Assembly (NCBI GenBank): GCA_035250005.1
Contig: DATFFM010000106.1
Coordinates: forward strand, 9,723-73,722
Direction: 5' to 3'
From: Vicinamibacterales bacterium
GTDB lineage: Bacteria; Acidobacteriota; Vicinamibacteria; Vicinamibacterales; 2-12-FULL-66-21
DNA: 64,000 bases
Shown here: piece after piece, positions 1 to 8,279 of the stretch
How positions within the stretch are numbered: the stretch's first letter is position 1
Layout: every line of letters starts with the position of its first letter
Notes under the pieces: generated by a model
The model's input: the letters and a program-made list of their open reading frames with translations, nothing else
The model's database searches: none
Told to the model about the DNA's origin: nothing
Program-made: the position numbers and the translations under genes

Positions 1-1532
1 CGCATCCGTCCGCCGGGAACATCGGCGGCGGTGGCTTCATGATCGTCCGGACACCGGATGGCCAGGTCACCAGCTTCGACTTTCGCGAGCGGGCGCCGTT
101 GAAATCGACCCGTACCATGTACCTCGGCAAGGACGGCGAGATCGCGCGCGACCTCACCGAGGCCGGTTACCTGGCTCCCGGCGTGCCCGGTTCCGTCCGC
201 GGCATGGCGATGGCGCACGCCAAGTTCGGCAAGCTGCCGTGGAAGGACGTCGTGATGCCAGGTGTGCTGGTCGCCGAGCAGGGATTCGTGATCTCAGCGG
301 CCCTCGCGCGAGGATTGAACCGCGAGGTGAAAGGGCCGATGGCGGAATTCCCGGCTTCGGTGGCGGCCTATGGCAAGCCCGGCGGGGGCGACTGGACGGC
401 CGGCGACCGGCTGGTCCTGAAGGATCTCGGCAGGACGCTGCGCTCGATCGCGACCGACGGGCCCGACGCGTTCTACACCGGCTGGATCGCCGACGCCATC
501 GCCGAAGACATGAAGGCGAATGGCGGCCTGATCACGAAGGAGGACCTTGCGAAGTACGCGGCCAAAGAGCGCGCGCCCGTGCGGGGTACCTACAAGGGCT
601 TCGAGATCGTCTCGATGCCGCCGGTCAGCTCCGGCGGCGTGGCGCTGATCGAGATGCTGAACATCCTCGAGCCGCTGAACCTGAAATCGAAAGGGCTGCT
701 CACCGCCGACGCGCTTCACCTCCAGATCGAAGCCATGCGCCGCGCGTACCTCGACCGCGCTCGGCATCTCGGGGATCCCGACTTCGTGAAGATCCCGGTC
801 GACACTCTGATCTCGAAGGAGCATGCGCGCAAGGTCGCGGCCTCGATCGATCCGGCCAAAGCCTCGAGCAGCGTCGCGCTCGGCAAGGACATCGTGACGG
901 TGACGACCGACCAGGAGCCCGACGAGACGACTCACTACTCGGTCATCGATCGCAACGGCATGGCGGTGACGACCACGACGACGCTCGAGGGCGGTTACGG
1001 CTCGCACGTGGTGGTGAAGGGCACGGGGTTCCTGTTGAACAACGAAATGGGTGACTTCAACAAGAAGCCGGGGGAGACGAACGTTCGTGGCGACATCGGC
1101 ACGCCGGCAAACCTGATCGATCCGGGCAAGCGCATGCTCAGCTCGATGACCCCGACGATGGTGCTGAAAGATAGCAAGGTGGTGATGCTCACCGGATCGC
1201 CTGGCGGCCGCACGATCATCAACACCGTGTTCACCATCGTCTTCGGCGTGGTCGAGTACGGCTTGAACGGCCGGCAGGCGGTGGACCTGGCGCGCATGCA
1301 TCACCAGTGGCTGCCCGATCGCGTCTCGATCGAGAAGGAGAGCGGCCCGGGCGAAGAGGTGCTGTCGAAGCTGAAGGCGATGGGCCACGATATCAGGACC
1401 GGCGGGCGGCAGGGGGACGCGCACTCCATCTGGGTCGCGCCCGACGGTTCGGTCTACGGAATCAACGAGAAGCGGACCCCGGATGGCAAGGCCTCGGTGC
1501 CCCAGTTGACTTCGTCGGCCGCGGGGCGGTAG
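1..1532 (+). CDS. ggt: gamma-glutamyltransferase, 5' end cut by window edge
   Basis: The frame of ORF 39..1532 stays open back to base 3 (HPSAGNIGGGGFMIVRT is the GGT Gly-rich motif). Autoprocessing/nucleophile Thr context DETTHYSVIDRNGMAVTTTTTLEGGYGS. Confidence 0.9.
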   Translation, partial: HPSAGNIGGGGFMIVRTPDGQVTSFDFRERAPLKSTRTMYLGKDGEIARDLTEAGYLAPGVPGSVRGMAMAHAKFGKLPWKDVVMPGVLVAEQGFVISAALARGLNREVKGPMAEFPASVAAYGKPGGGDWTAGDRLVLKDLGRTLRSIATDGPDAFYTGWIADAIAEDMKANGGLITKEDLAKYAAKERAPVRGTYKGFEIVSMPPVSSGGVALIEMLNILEPLNLKSKGLLTADALHLQIEAMRRAYLDRARHLGDPDFVKIPVDTLISKEHARKVAASIDPAKASSSVALGKDIVTVTTDQEPDETTHYSVIDRNGMAVTTTTTLEGGYGSHVVVKGTGFLLNNEMGDFNKKPGETNVRGDIGTPANLIDPGKRMLSSMTPTMVLKDSKVVMLTGSPGGRTIINTVFTIVFGVVEYGLNGRQAVDLARMHHQWLPDRVSIEKESGPGEEVLSKLKAMGHDIRTGGRQGDAHSIWVAPDGSVYGINEKRTPDGKASVPQLTSSAAGR

Positions 1533-1535
1533 GCT
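1506..1535 (+). promoter_or_regulatory. candidate sigma70-type promoter for the his leader (TTGACT - 18 nt - TAGGCT)
   Basis: TTGACT 1506-1511 and TAGGCT 1530-1535 (overlaps the ggt stop). The predicted start is a few nt before leader ATG 1547, which has no Shine-Dalgarno. Hand-matched only. Confidence 0.3.
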
Positions 1536-1546
1536 TGCCTGCGTTC

Positions 1547-1627
1547 ATGTTTCAGTCTCTGCACCATCACCGGCACCACCATCACTCCTGCTCCGGCGGG
1601 CCGGTATCCGTGCGCTTCATGAACTGA
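1547..1627 (+). CDS. his operon leader peptide, 26 aa (MFQSLHHHRHHHHSCSGGPVSVRFMN), hisL-like
   Basis: Codons 6-13 are CAC CAT CAC CGG CAC CAC CAT CAC (7 His in 8 codons). It lies between the ggt stop and hisI and is followed by a terminator/antiterminator. Confidence 0.75.
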   Translation: MFQSLHHHRHHHHSCSGGPVSVRFMN

Positions 1628-1652
1628 TCCTTTAGAAACGCGCACTCATTCG

Positions 1653-1690
1653 AGGCCCTGCTGGAGAACATCCGGCAGGGCCTTTTGCTT
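1653..1690 (+). terminator. intrinsic terminator of the his attenuator
   Basis: 13-bp stem AGGCCCTGCTGGA (1653-1665) / TCCGGCAGGGCCT (1671-1683) with one G-U pair, loop GAACA, then TTTTGCTT. It ends 10 nt before hisI ATG 1700. Alternative pairing of 1592-1602 with 1654-1665 is possible. Confidence 0.75.
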
Positions 1691-1699
1691 GTACGAACC

Positions 1700-2011
1700 A
1701 TGGATTTCACGAAACTCGACGGACTCATCCCCGCTGTGATCCAGGACGACGCCTCGGGCGAGGTCCTGATGGTCGGCTTCATGAACGAGGAGGCGCTGAC
1801 GCTCACCCAGGCGTCCGGATACGCGACCTTCTTCAGCCGCACGCGCCAGACGCTGTGGATGAAGGGGGAAACCTCCGGCAACCGGCTGAAAGTGAGGGCG
1901 ATGCTCGTGGACTGCGACGAGGACACGCTCCTGCTCAAGGTCGTATGCGAAGGGAGCGGCGCGGCCTGCCACACCGGGGCACGGTCGTGCTTTCGCAGTG
2001 CTGAAAGGTGA
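1700..2011 (+). CDS. hisI: phosphoribosyl-AMP cyclohydrolase (monofunctional, no HisE domain)
   Basis: [16 protein letters not shown]..., [21 protein letters not shown]...[15 protein letters not shown] 1700 preferred over track TTG 1685, which lies inside the terminator T-tract. Confidence 0.9.
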   Translation: MDFTKLDGLIPAVIQDDASGEVLMVGFMNEEALTLTQASGYATFFSRTRQTLWMKGETSGNRLKVRAMLVDCDEDTLLLKVVCEGSGAACHTGARSCFRSAER

Positions 2012-2906
2012 AGAGGTGAACAAAATCAAGCTGGGCTTGCCGAAGGGGTCCCTGCAGGACGCGACGATTCAGCTGTTCGCGCGGGCGGGGTTCAACATCT
2101 ACGCGAGCACGCGGTCGTACTTTCCGGCAATCGACGATCCGTCGATCGACTGCATGCTGATCCGGGCACAGGAGATGGCGCGGTACGTCGCCGACGGCGT
2201 GCTCGATGCGGGGCTCACGGGCCAGGACTGGATCGCCGAGCATGCGGCGGCCCGGGGCGGATGTTCCGGCGTGGAGCCGCTGGCCGATCTCATTTACGCG
2301 AAACAAAGCTTCGGCAAGGTGCGGTGGGTGCTCGCCGTGCCTGAAGACTCACGCTATCGGAGCGTGAAGGACCTCGAGGGAGCCACCGTGGCCACCGAGC
2401 TCGTGCGCGCGACCCAGGCGTACTTCACTCGCCAGAACGTCAAGGTGAACGTCGAGTTCTCCTGGGGCGCAACGGAAGTGAAGCCGCCCGTCCTCGCGGA
2501 CGCCATCGTCGAGGTCACCGAGACGGGATCCTCTCTGCGCGCCAACCGGCTCCGCGTCATCGAGACGGTGCTCGAATCGAACACCCAGCTCATCGCCAAC
2601 CCCGCGTCGCTTGGCGACGAGTGGAAGCGCACCAAGCTGGAGAACATCGCGCTGCTGCTGCGGGCCGCCATGGAGGCGCAGGGGCGGGTCGGGATCATGC
2701 TCAACGTGAAGCGGTCCGACCTCGACGCGGTGCTGTCGCTGCTGCCCGCGCTGCAGCGCCCGACGATCTCTCCCCTCGCCGACAACGACTGGGTCGCGCT
2801 GAACACGATCATCGAGGAGCGCACGGTCCGGGACCTCATTCCGCGCCTGAAGGCCGCCCAGGCCCAGGGCATCGTCGAGTATCCGCTGAACAAGATCGTG
2901 CTGTGA
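1998..2906 (+). CDS. hisG: ATP phosphoribosyltransferase, long form
   Basis: [49 protein letters not shown]-terminal regulatory domain present. Alternative start GTG 2016 with AAAGG 7 nt upstream. Confidence 0.9.
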   Translation: MLKGEEVNKIKLGLPKGSLQDATIQLFARAGFNIYASTRSYFPAIDDPSIDCMLIRAQEMARYVADGVLDAGLTGQDWIAEHAAARGGCSGVEPLADLIYAKQSFGKVRWVLAVPEDSRYRSVKDLEGATVATELVRATQAYFTRQNVKVNVEFSWGATEVKPPVLADAIVEVTETGSSLRANRLRVIETVLESNTQLIANPASLGDEWKRTKLENIALLLRAAMEAQGRVGIMLNVKRSDLDAVLSLLPALQRPTISPLADNDWVALNTIIEERTVRDLIPRLKAAQAQGIVEYPLNKIVL

Positions 2907-3216
2907 TGATGCCGACTTTCAACTACCTGAGGCAACCAGCGCCGCGTGACGGCGAGACACCTCCTCGCCGCGCGGCGCGGCGGAGCCACGTCAGGGCCAC
3001 GGCGCGATGCGGCCAGCGCGCTGCGACAGGTCCGACAAACCGACCGCAGGCGGTCCCATCGGCGGAGGCGCAGGTATCGTCCCAGGCGCCCCGGATCGCC
3101 CGGATGCCCAGGCGAGCCCTTACCGGCCTGCGGAAAGCCCGGGCCGGAGGCGCATCGTGAGCCGCGCGCCGGAGGACGGTTTTTCCGCGTCCAGGCCGAG
3201 ACGCCGTCGACCCGGC

Positions 3217-4509
3217 GTGGCCCCGACGCAACACGCGCGGACCGGATCCAGCCTCGCGCTCAAACTGACGCCAATCCGGGTCTGGGAATCGAAGGATTCC
3301 GGCATCGTCGATCGACTGATCGCCGGGCCGGCGCGCCGGAACTCCAGGATCGAGGCGCGCGTGCGGCGGATCGTCGCCGACGTCCGGGAACGCGGCGACA
3401 CGGCGCTCATGGAGTATGCGCGCCAGCTCGATGGTCTGACCGGACCGGTGGAGATCACGCGCACGGAAATACGACGGGCGGCGCGCACCGTGCCGGCGGA
3501 TGTCGGTGACGCGATCCGGCTGGCGGCACGAAACATCCGCACCGTCGCGCGCAAGCAGGTGCCGACGGGATGGAGAGTATCGACGGTTCCGGGTGTGCGC
3601 ATCGAGCAGCGCGTCACGCCGCTCGAGCGTGTCGGCTGCTACGTGCCGGGTGGGCGTTATCCCCTGCCCTCTTCGCTGCTGATGACGGCCATCCCGGCGC
3701 GAGTCGCGGGTGTCCGGGAGATCATTGCGGTCTGTCCGAGACCGGATGCGACGGTGCTCTTCGCGGCGGGCGTGGCGGGGGTCGATCGGTTGTTCCGTAT
3801 CGGTGGCGCGCACGCGGTCGCGGCGCTGGCTTGCGGCACACGGACGGTTCCGCGTGTTGACAAGATCGTCGGTCCCGGGAACGCCTACGTCGCTGCCGCG
3901 AAAGCGCTCGTGTCACGCGAGTGCGCGATCGACTTCTTCGCCGGTCCGAGCGAGATCGTCGTCGTCTCGGCCAGCGGCAATCCGGGCTGGATCGCCGCCG
4001 ATCTCATCGCGCAGGCCGAGCACGACCCCGATGCCCGCGCGATCCTGCTGACGCCGTCCCGGCGGCTGGCCGAGGCGGTCGCGGGTGAATGCGACCGGCT
4101 GCTGCCGGGTGACGGAACGGCCCGTGACGCGCTCGCTCGAAACGGCGGGATCGTCGTGACGCGAAGCATCGCGGAAGCGATTGCGCTGTCGCAGCAGATG
4201 GCCCCCGAGCACGTGGTGTGCGACGACGAAGCGGTGGCGGCGCGGCTGACGGCGGCTGGAACCGTCTTCGTCGGCAGCTGGAGCGCGCAGGCTTTGGGGG
4301 ATTACGTCACCGGCTCCAACCACGTGCTGCCGACCGGCGGCGCCGCCCGCGCGCGCGGCGGGCTCGGCGCAGTCGACTTCGTCCGCGTGTCGAACGTGCA
4401 GCGCATATCGTCGCGCGGCGTCCGGCGTATCGGTGACGCGGCGGTCACGCTGGCGCAGGCGGAGGGGCTCACGGCCCATGCCGCCTCGATCCGCGTCCGA
4501 TTCTCATGA
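3217..4509 (+). CDS. hisD: histidinol dehydrogenase (start uncertain)
   Basis: VGCYVPGGRYPLPSSLLMTAIPARVAG, AQAEHDPDA, NHVLPTGGAARARGGL. Track ATG 3007 adds a 70-aa Arg/Pro-rich extension with no HisD counterpart. In-frame GTG 3217 gives ~430 aa. Confidence 0.85.
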   Translation: MAPTQHARTGSSLALKLTPIRVWESKDSGIVDRLIAGPARRNSRIEARVRRIVADVRERGDTALMEYARQLDGLTGPVEITRTEIRRAARTVPADVGDAIRLAARNIRTVARKQVPTGWRVSTVPGVRIEQRVTPLERVGCYVPGGRYPLPSSLLMTAIPARVAGVREIIAVCPRPDATVLFAAGVAGVDRLFRIGGAHAVAALACGTRTVPRVDKIVGPGNAYVAAAKALVSRECAIDFFAGPSEIVVVSASGNPGWIAADLIAQAEHDPDARAILLTPSRRLAEAVAGECDRLLPGDGTARDALARNGGIVVTRSIAEAIALSQQMAPEHVVCDDEAVAARLTAAGTVFVGSWSAQALGDYVTGSNHVLPTGGAARARGGLGAVDFVRVSNVQRISSRGVRRIGDAAVTLAQAEGLTAHAASIRVRFS

Positions 4510-5573
4510 AGCTGTCGAAACAGATGAATTACGAGTACGAGAAAGTCGTCACCCCTTCGTCGGGCCTGCGCCTGCACCTGAACGAGAACACCGCCGGATG
4601 CTCGCCGGCCGTGCTCGACGCGATTCGCGGGATCACGTGTGAGACGGCGGCATTCTACCCGGACTATGCGGACGCGATCGCCGCCTGCTGCGAGCATCTC
4701 GAGGTGCCTGCGTCCAGTCTCCTGCTGACCAACGGCCTCGACGAAGGGATCCTCGCCGCCAGCGTCGCCGCGTTGCGGGGCAGCCCCGCCGCCGACCCGT
4801 TCGAGGCCATCGTCATCGTGCCGGCGTTCGACATGTACGCCGCCTGCGCGGATGCGGCCGGGGGCCGGGTGATCGAGATCCCACAGGGAGATGATTTCGA
4901 GTTCCCGCTCGACGCGGTGCTCGCCGCGGTCGGCCCGCGTACCCGCATCGTCTTCATCACCACTCCCAACAACCCGACCGGGATCACGGTTCCCCGGAGC
5001 AGCATCCTGGCGATCGCCGCCGCCGCGCCAGGATCGCTGATCTTCGTCGACGAGGCGTACGTGGACTTCAGCGGCGTGACGCTCGTCGGCGATCCTTCGA
5101 TGGAAACACACTCGAACCTCGTGGTCGGACGCACATTCGCGAAAGCGTACGGCCTGGCTGCCATACGTGCGGGGGCGCTCATCGGCTCGCCGGAGACGCT
5201 TGCGCCGATCCGCCGCGTCGTGCCGCCCTACAGCCTCAACGTCGCGGCCGCGGTGGCGATCCCGGCTGCGCTTCGCGACCGCGAGCGCTACGACTGGTAC
5301 CTCGGCGAGGTACGGCGGTCGAAACGGCTGCTCTACGACGCTTTCGACCGGCTCGATGTCCGGTACTGGCCGAGCGACGGCAACTTCGTTCTCGTGCGTT
5401 TCGGCGAGATGTCGGGCCGCGTCGTGAGCGTGCTGGCGGAGCGCGGGATCTACCTCCGCGACCGCTCGAAGGACCACGGCTGCAGCGGCTGTGTTCGGAT
5501 CACCGCCGGGGTCGCCGAACACACGCGCCGGTGCATCGACGCGATCGAGGAGGTCCTGTGCGACGCGCGCTGA
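4506..5573 (+). CDS. hisC: histidinol-phosphate aminotransferase
   Basis: [18 protein letters not shown]-Lys context [19 protein letters not shown] overlap with the hisD stop. Confidence 0.9.
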   Translation: MKLSKQMNYEYEKVVTPSSGLRLHLNENTAGCSPAVLDAIRGITCETAAFYPDYADAIAACCEHLEVPASSLLLTNGLDEGILAASVAALRGSPAADPFEAIVIVPAFDMYAACADAAGGRVIEIPQGDDFEFPLDAVLAAVGPRTRIVFITTPNNPTGITVPRSSILAIAAAAPGSLIFVDEAYVDFSGVTLVGDPSMETHSNLVVGRTFAKAYGLAAIRAGALIGSPETLAPIRRVVPPYSLNVAAAVAIPAALRDRERYDWYLGEVRRSKRLLYDAFDRLDVRYWPSDGNFVLVRFGEMSGRVVSVLAERGIYLRDRSKDHGCSGCVRITAGVAEHTRRCIDAIEEVLCDAR

Positions 5574-6145
5574 TCGACCGGCACACCAGCGAGACGCAGA
5601 TCCGGCTGAAGTTGAATCTCGACGGGCACGGCCGATACGAGATCGCGACCGGCATCCGGTTTCTCGACCACATGCTGGAGCTCCTCGCCCGGCATGGCGC
5701 GTTCGATCTCTCGGTCGCCGCATCCGGCGATCTGGATGTCGATCAGCACCACACCGTCGAGGATCTCGGTATCGCGCTCGGCGAGGCGGTCTCGGCGGCG
5801 CTCGGGGGCCGCCGCGGCATCAATCGTGCGGGCTACTTCGTCATGCCGATGGACGAAACGCTGGCCGTCGCGGCGATCGACCTCGGCGGCAGAGCGCACG
5901 CCGTGGTCGACCTGCGGTTGCGTGTCAAGCGGGTGGGTGATCTCGACGCAGAGCTGGTCAACGACTTCTTCGACGGTTTCGCGCAGGGAGCCCGCGCCAA
6001 CGTCCACCTGAAGGTTCTCTATGGACGATCCAGCCATCATCACGTCGAAGCGTGCTTCAAGGCCTTCGCCAGGGCCCTTCGGGTCGCCTGCGCGAAGGAC
6101 AAGCGGATGGCGAGAATGCTGCCGTCGACGAAGGGGCTCATTTAG
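5558..6145 (+). CDS. hisB: imidazoleglycerol-phosphate dehydratase (monofunctional)
   Basis: [65 protein letters not shown] 5558 is preceded by GAGGAGG and overlaps the hisC end. Confidence 0.9.
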   Translation: MRRALIDRHTSETQIRLKLNLDGHGRYEIATGIRFLDHMLELLARHGAFDLSVAASGDLDVDQHHTVEDLGIALGEAVSAALGGRRGINRAGYFVMPMDETLAVAAIDLGGRAHAVVDLRLRVKRVGDLDAELVNDFFDGFAQGARANVHLKVLYGRSSHHHVEACFKAFARALRVACAKDKRMARMLPSTKGLI

Positions 6146-6187
6146 CAGGGATGCCGTCGCCCGTCGGGCGGCGATGTGGGGCACAGA

Positions 6188-6793
6188 ATGCGGATTGCGC
6201 TGATCGATTACGGTGCCGGGAATCTCACGTCGGTTCTCAAGGGCTTCAGAGCCGCGGGGGACGAGCCCGGAATACCGGGCGCGCCTGCCGACCTTGCCGG
6301 TTGCGCCGGAATCGTCGTGCCCGGCGTCGGCCACTTCGCGGCGACGTCGTCCATCGCCGACGCCTGGCGCGCGGCGATCACCCGGCGGGTCGAAGCGGGC
6401 GTGCCGTTCCTGGGGATCTGCCTGGGCATGCAGTGGCTCTTCGAGGGCAGCGAAGAAGCGCCCGGCATGGCGGGGCTCGGTCTGCTGGCCGGACGATGTG
6501 CGCGGATCGAGGCGGAGCGGCCATTGAAGGTGCCGCACGTCGGATGGAACGCGCTGGACGTGCGGCGGCACAGCCCGATTCTCGACGCGATCGAGGACGG
6601 CACCCAGGTGTACTTCACGCACTCGTTCGCGGGGCCAGTAACCCCCGAGTGTTGCGCATCCACCACCCACGGGCAGGCTTTTGCCGCCGTCGTCCAGCGC
6701 GACAACGTTGCCGGCGTTCAGTTCCACCCGGAGAAGTCGGGGGCCGCGGGCCTCCGCATCCTTCGCAACTTTCTGGCGATGACCAGGAGCTGA
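6188..6793 (+). CDS. hisH: imidazole glycerol phosphate synthase, glutamine amidotransferase subunit
   Basis: [13 protein letters not shown], nucleophile Cys in GICLGMQ, HVGWN, FHPEKSG. Confidence 0.9.
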   Translation: MRIALIDYGAGNLTSVLKGFRAAGDEPGIPGAPADLAGCAGIVVPGVGHFAATSSIADAWRAAITRRVEAGVPFLGICLGMQWLFEGSEEAPGMAGLGLLAGRCARIEAERPLKVPHVGWNALDVRRHSPILDAIEDGTQVYFTHSFAGPVTPECCASTTHGQAFAAVVQRDNVAGVQFHPEKSGAAGLRILRNFLAMTRS

Positions 6794-6794
6794 C

Positions 6795-7565
6795 GTGCTG
6801 TCGAAGCGGATCATCGCGTGCCTCGACGTTCGCGACGGCTCGGTGGTCAAGGGGGTGAACTTCGAAGACCTGCGCAACGCCGGCGATCCGGCGGCGCTCG
6901 CCCGGCGGTACAACGCCGAAGGCATCGACGAGCTGGTGATCCTCGACGTCACGGCCACGATCGAGGCGCGCCGGGCGATCGCGGCAACGATCCGGGCGGT
7001 CTCGAGCGAGCTGTTCATCCCGCTGGCCGTCGGTGGAGGGATTCGCACTGGAGCGGACGCCGCAGCCGTTATCGAGGCGGGCGCCGACAAGGTGAGCCTG
7101 AATACGGCTGCCCTGGCAGACCCTGCCCTGATTACGAGCCTCGCGGAGTTATACGGCAGCCAGGCGGTGATCGTCGCAATCGACGCGAAGCGCGATGGGG
7201 ATCGCTGGATCGTCTTCACGCGCAGCGGCCGCGACGGGACCACCCGCGAGGCTGGCGAGTGGGCGCGTGAAGCGGAGCACCGCGGTGCCGGGGAAATCCT
7301 CCTGACCTCGATCGACCGTGACGGGACCCGCACCGGATTCGACTGCGAGCTGACCGCGCTGGTGGCTGGCGCAGTATCCATCCCGGTCATCGCGTCAGGC
7401 GGGGCCGGGACCTTCGAACACTTTCACGACGTCTTCACGCTGGGCCAGGCCGACGCCGCGCTCGCCGCCTCGGTGTTTCACTACTCGGAACACGCCGTCG
7501 CCGAGCTCAAGAGCTACCTCGCGCAGCGTGGACTCCCGATCAGATCATGCTCGTCCCCTCCATAG
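6795..7565 (+). CDS. hisF: imidazole glycerol phosphate synthase, cyclase subunit
   Basis: [44 protein letters not shown] start preceded by CAGGAG. Confidence 0.9.
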   Translation: MLSKRIIACLDVRDGSVVKGVNFEDLRNAGDPAALARRYNAEGIDELVILDVTATIEARRAIAATIRAVSSELFIPLAVGGGIRTGADAAAVIEAGADKVSLNTAALADPALITSLAELYGSQAVIVAIDAKRDGDRWIVFTRSGRDGTTREAGEWAREAEHRGAGEILLTSIDRDGTRTGFDCELTALVAGAVSIPVIASGGAGTFEHFHDVFTLGQADAALAASVFHYSEHAVAELKSYLAQRGLPIRSCSSPP

Positions 7566-8221
7566 ATCTTCAAGGCGGCCGCATCGTGCAGCTCGTCCAG
7601 GGGGAGACGCTGGCCGTCGAGAGCAGCGAGATCGACCTGTGGGTCGGAAGGTTCCGCGGCCGTTCGAAGATCCAGCTGATCGACCTCGATGCGGCAAAGG
7701 GTCAGGGCGACAACCGCGCGCTGGTCGAGCGGATCTGCGCCGAGCTCCCGTGCCGCGTCGGCGGCGGCGTCCGGTCGATCGAGCGTGCGCACCGGTTGCT
7801 CGACCGCGGCGCAACACACGTCATCGTCGGCTCGGCGCTGTTTGCCGGCGGAAAGATCGACCTGCCGTTCGCACGGGCGCTGTCGGAGGCGGCGGGCGCC
7901 GGCCGGCTGATCGCCGCCGTTGACAGTCGAGGCGGCAGGGTCGTCATCCACGGCTGGCGAACGCAGCTCGAGATCACGCCAGCGGACGCCGTCCGCCAGC
8001 TGGAACCGTACTTCGGCGAGTTTCTCTACACGCACGTGGACAGCGAGGGGCTCATGCGCGGCACCGACATGGCCGCGATCCGCGCGGTTCGGGACGCGAC
8101 CTCCCGGCCGCTCACGGCTGCCGGAGGGATCACCACAGCCGAAGAAGTCGCGGCCCTCGACGCGCTGGGAGTGGATGCGGTCGTCGGGATGGCAATCTAC
8201 ACCGGGCGGATCGAATACTGA
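7547..8221 (+). CDS. hisA: ProFAR isomerase (HisA)
   Basis: [19 protein letters not shown], (beta/alpha)8 HisA/HisF-like, GGGVRS, AAGGIT. 19-nt overlap with the hisF end. Confidence 0.8.
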   Translation: MLVPSIDLQGGRIVQLVQGETLAVESSEIDLWVGRFRGRSKIQLIDLDAAKGQGDNRALVERICAELPCRVGGGVRSIERAHRLLDRGATHVIVGSALFAGGKIDLPFARALSEAAGAGRLIAAVDSRGGRVVIHGWRTQLEITPADAVRQLEPYFGEFLYTHVDSEGLMRGTDMAAIRAVRDATSRPLTAAGGITTAEEVAALDALGVDAVVGMAIYTGRIEY

Positions 8222-8245
8222 GGGTCCGGGGGTCCGGGGGTCGGC
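8222..8245. repeat. 3 x 8-nt tandem repeat GGGTCCGG GGGTCCGG GGGTCGGC
   Basis: Read directly. Starts at the base after the hisA stop. GGGTCC is the reverse complement of the GGACCC core of the array at 20102-20155. Confidence 0.8.
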
Positions 8246-8279
8246 ATTCCACGGTTCGCTGTGGTGTAGGCTGAGGCCG

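Noticed and set aside
2906-3160. 84-codon ORF starting at an ATG that overlaps the hisG stop (TGATG), inside the hisG-hisD spacer. Also the ATG 3007 N-terminal extension of hisD.
   Set aside because: Both are Arg/Pro/Ala-rich and have no homology I recognise. By hand count their third-position G+C is about 75 percent, close to bulk composition and well below neighbouring genes. They are kept only as a note under the spacer finding.
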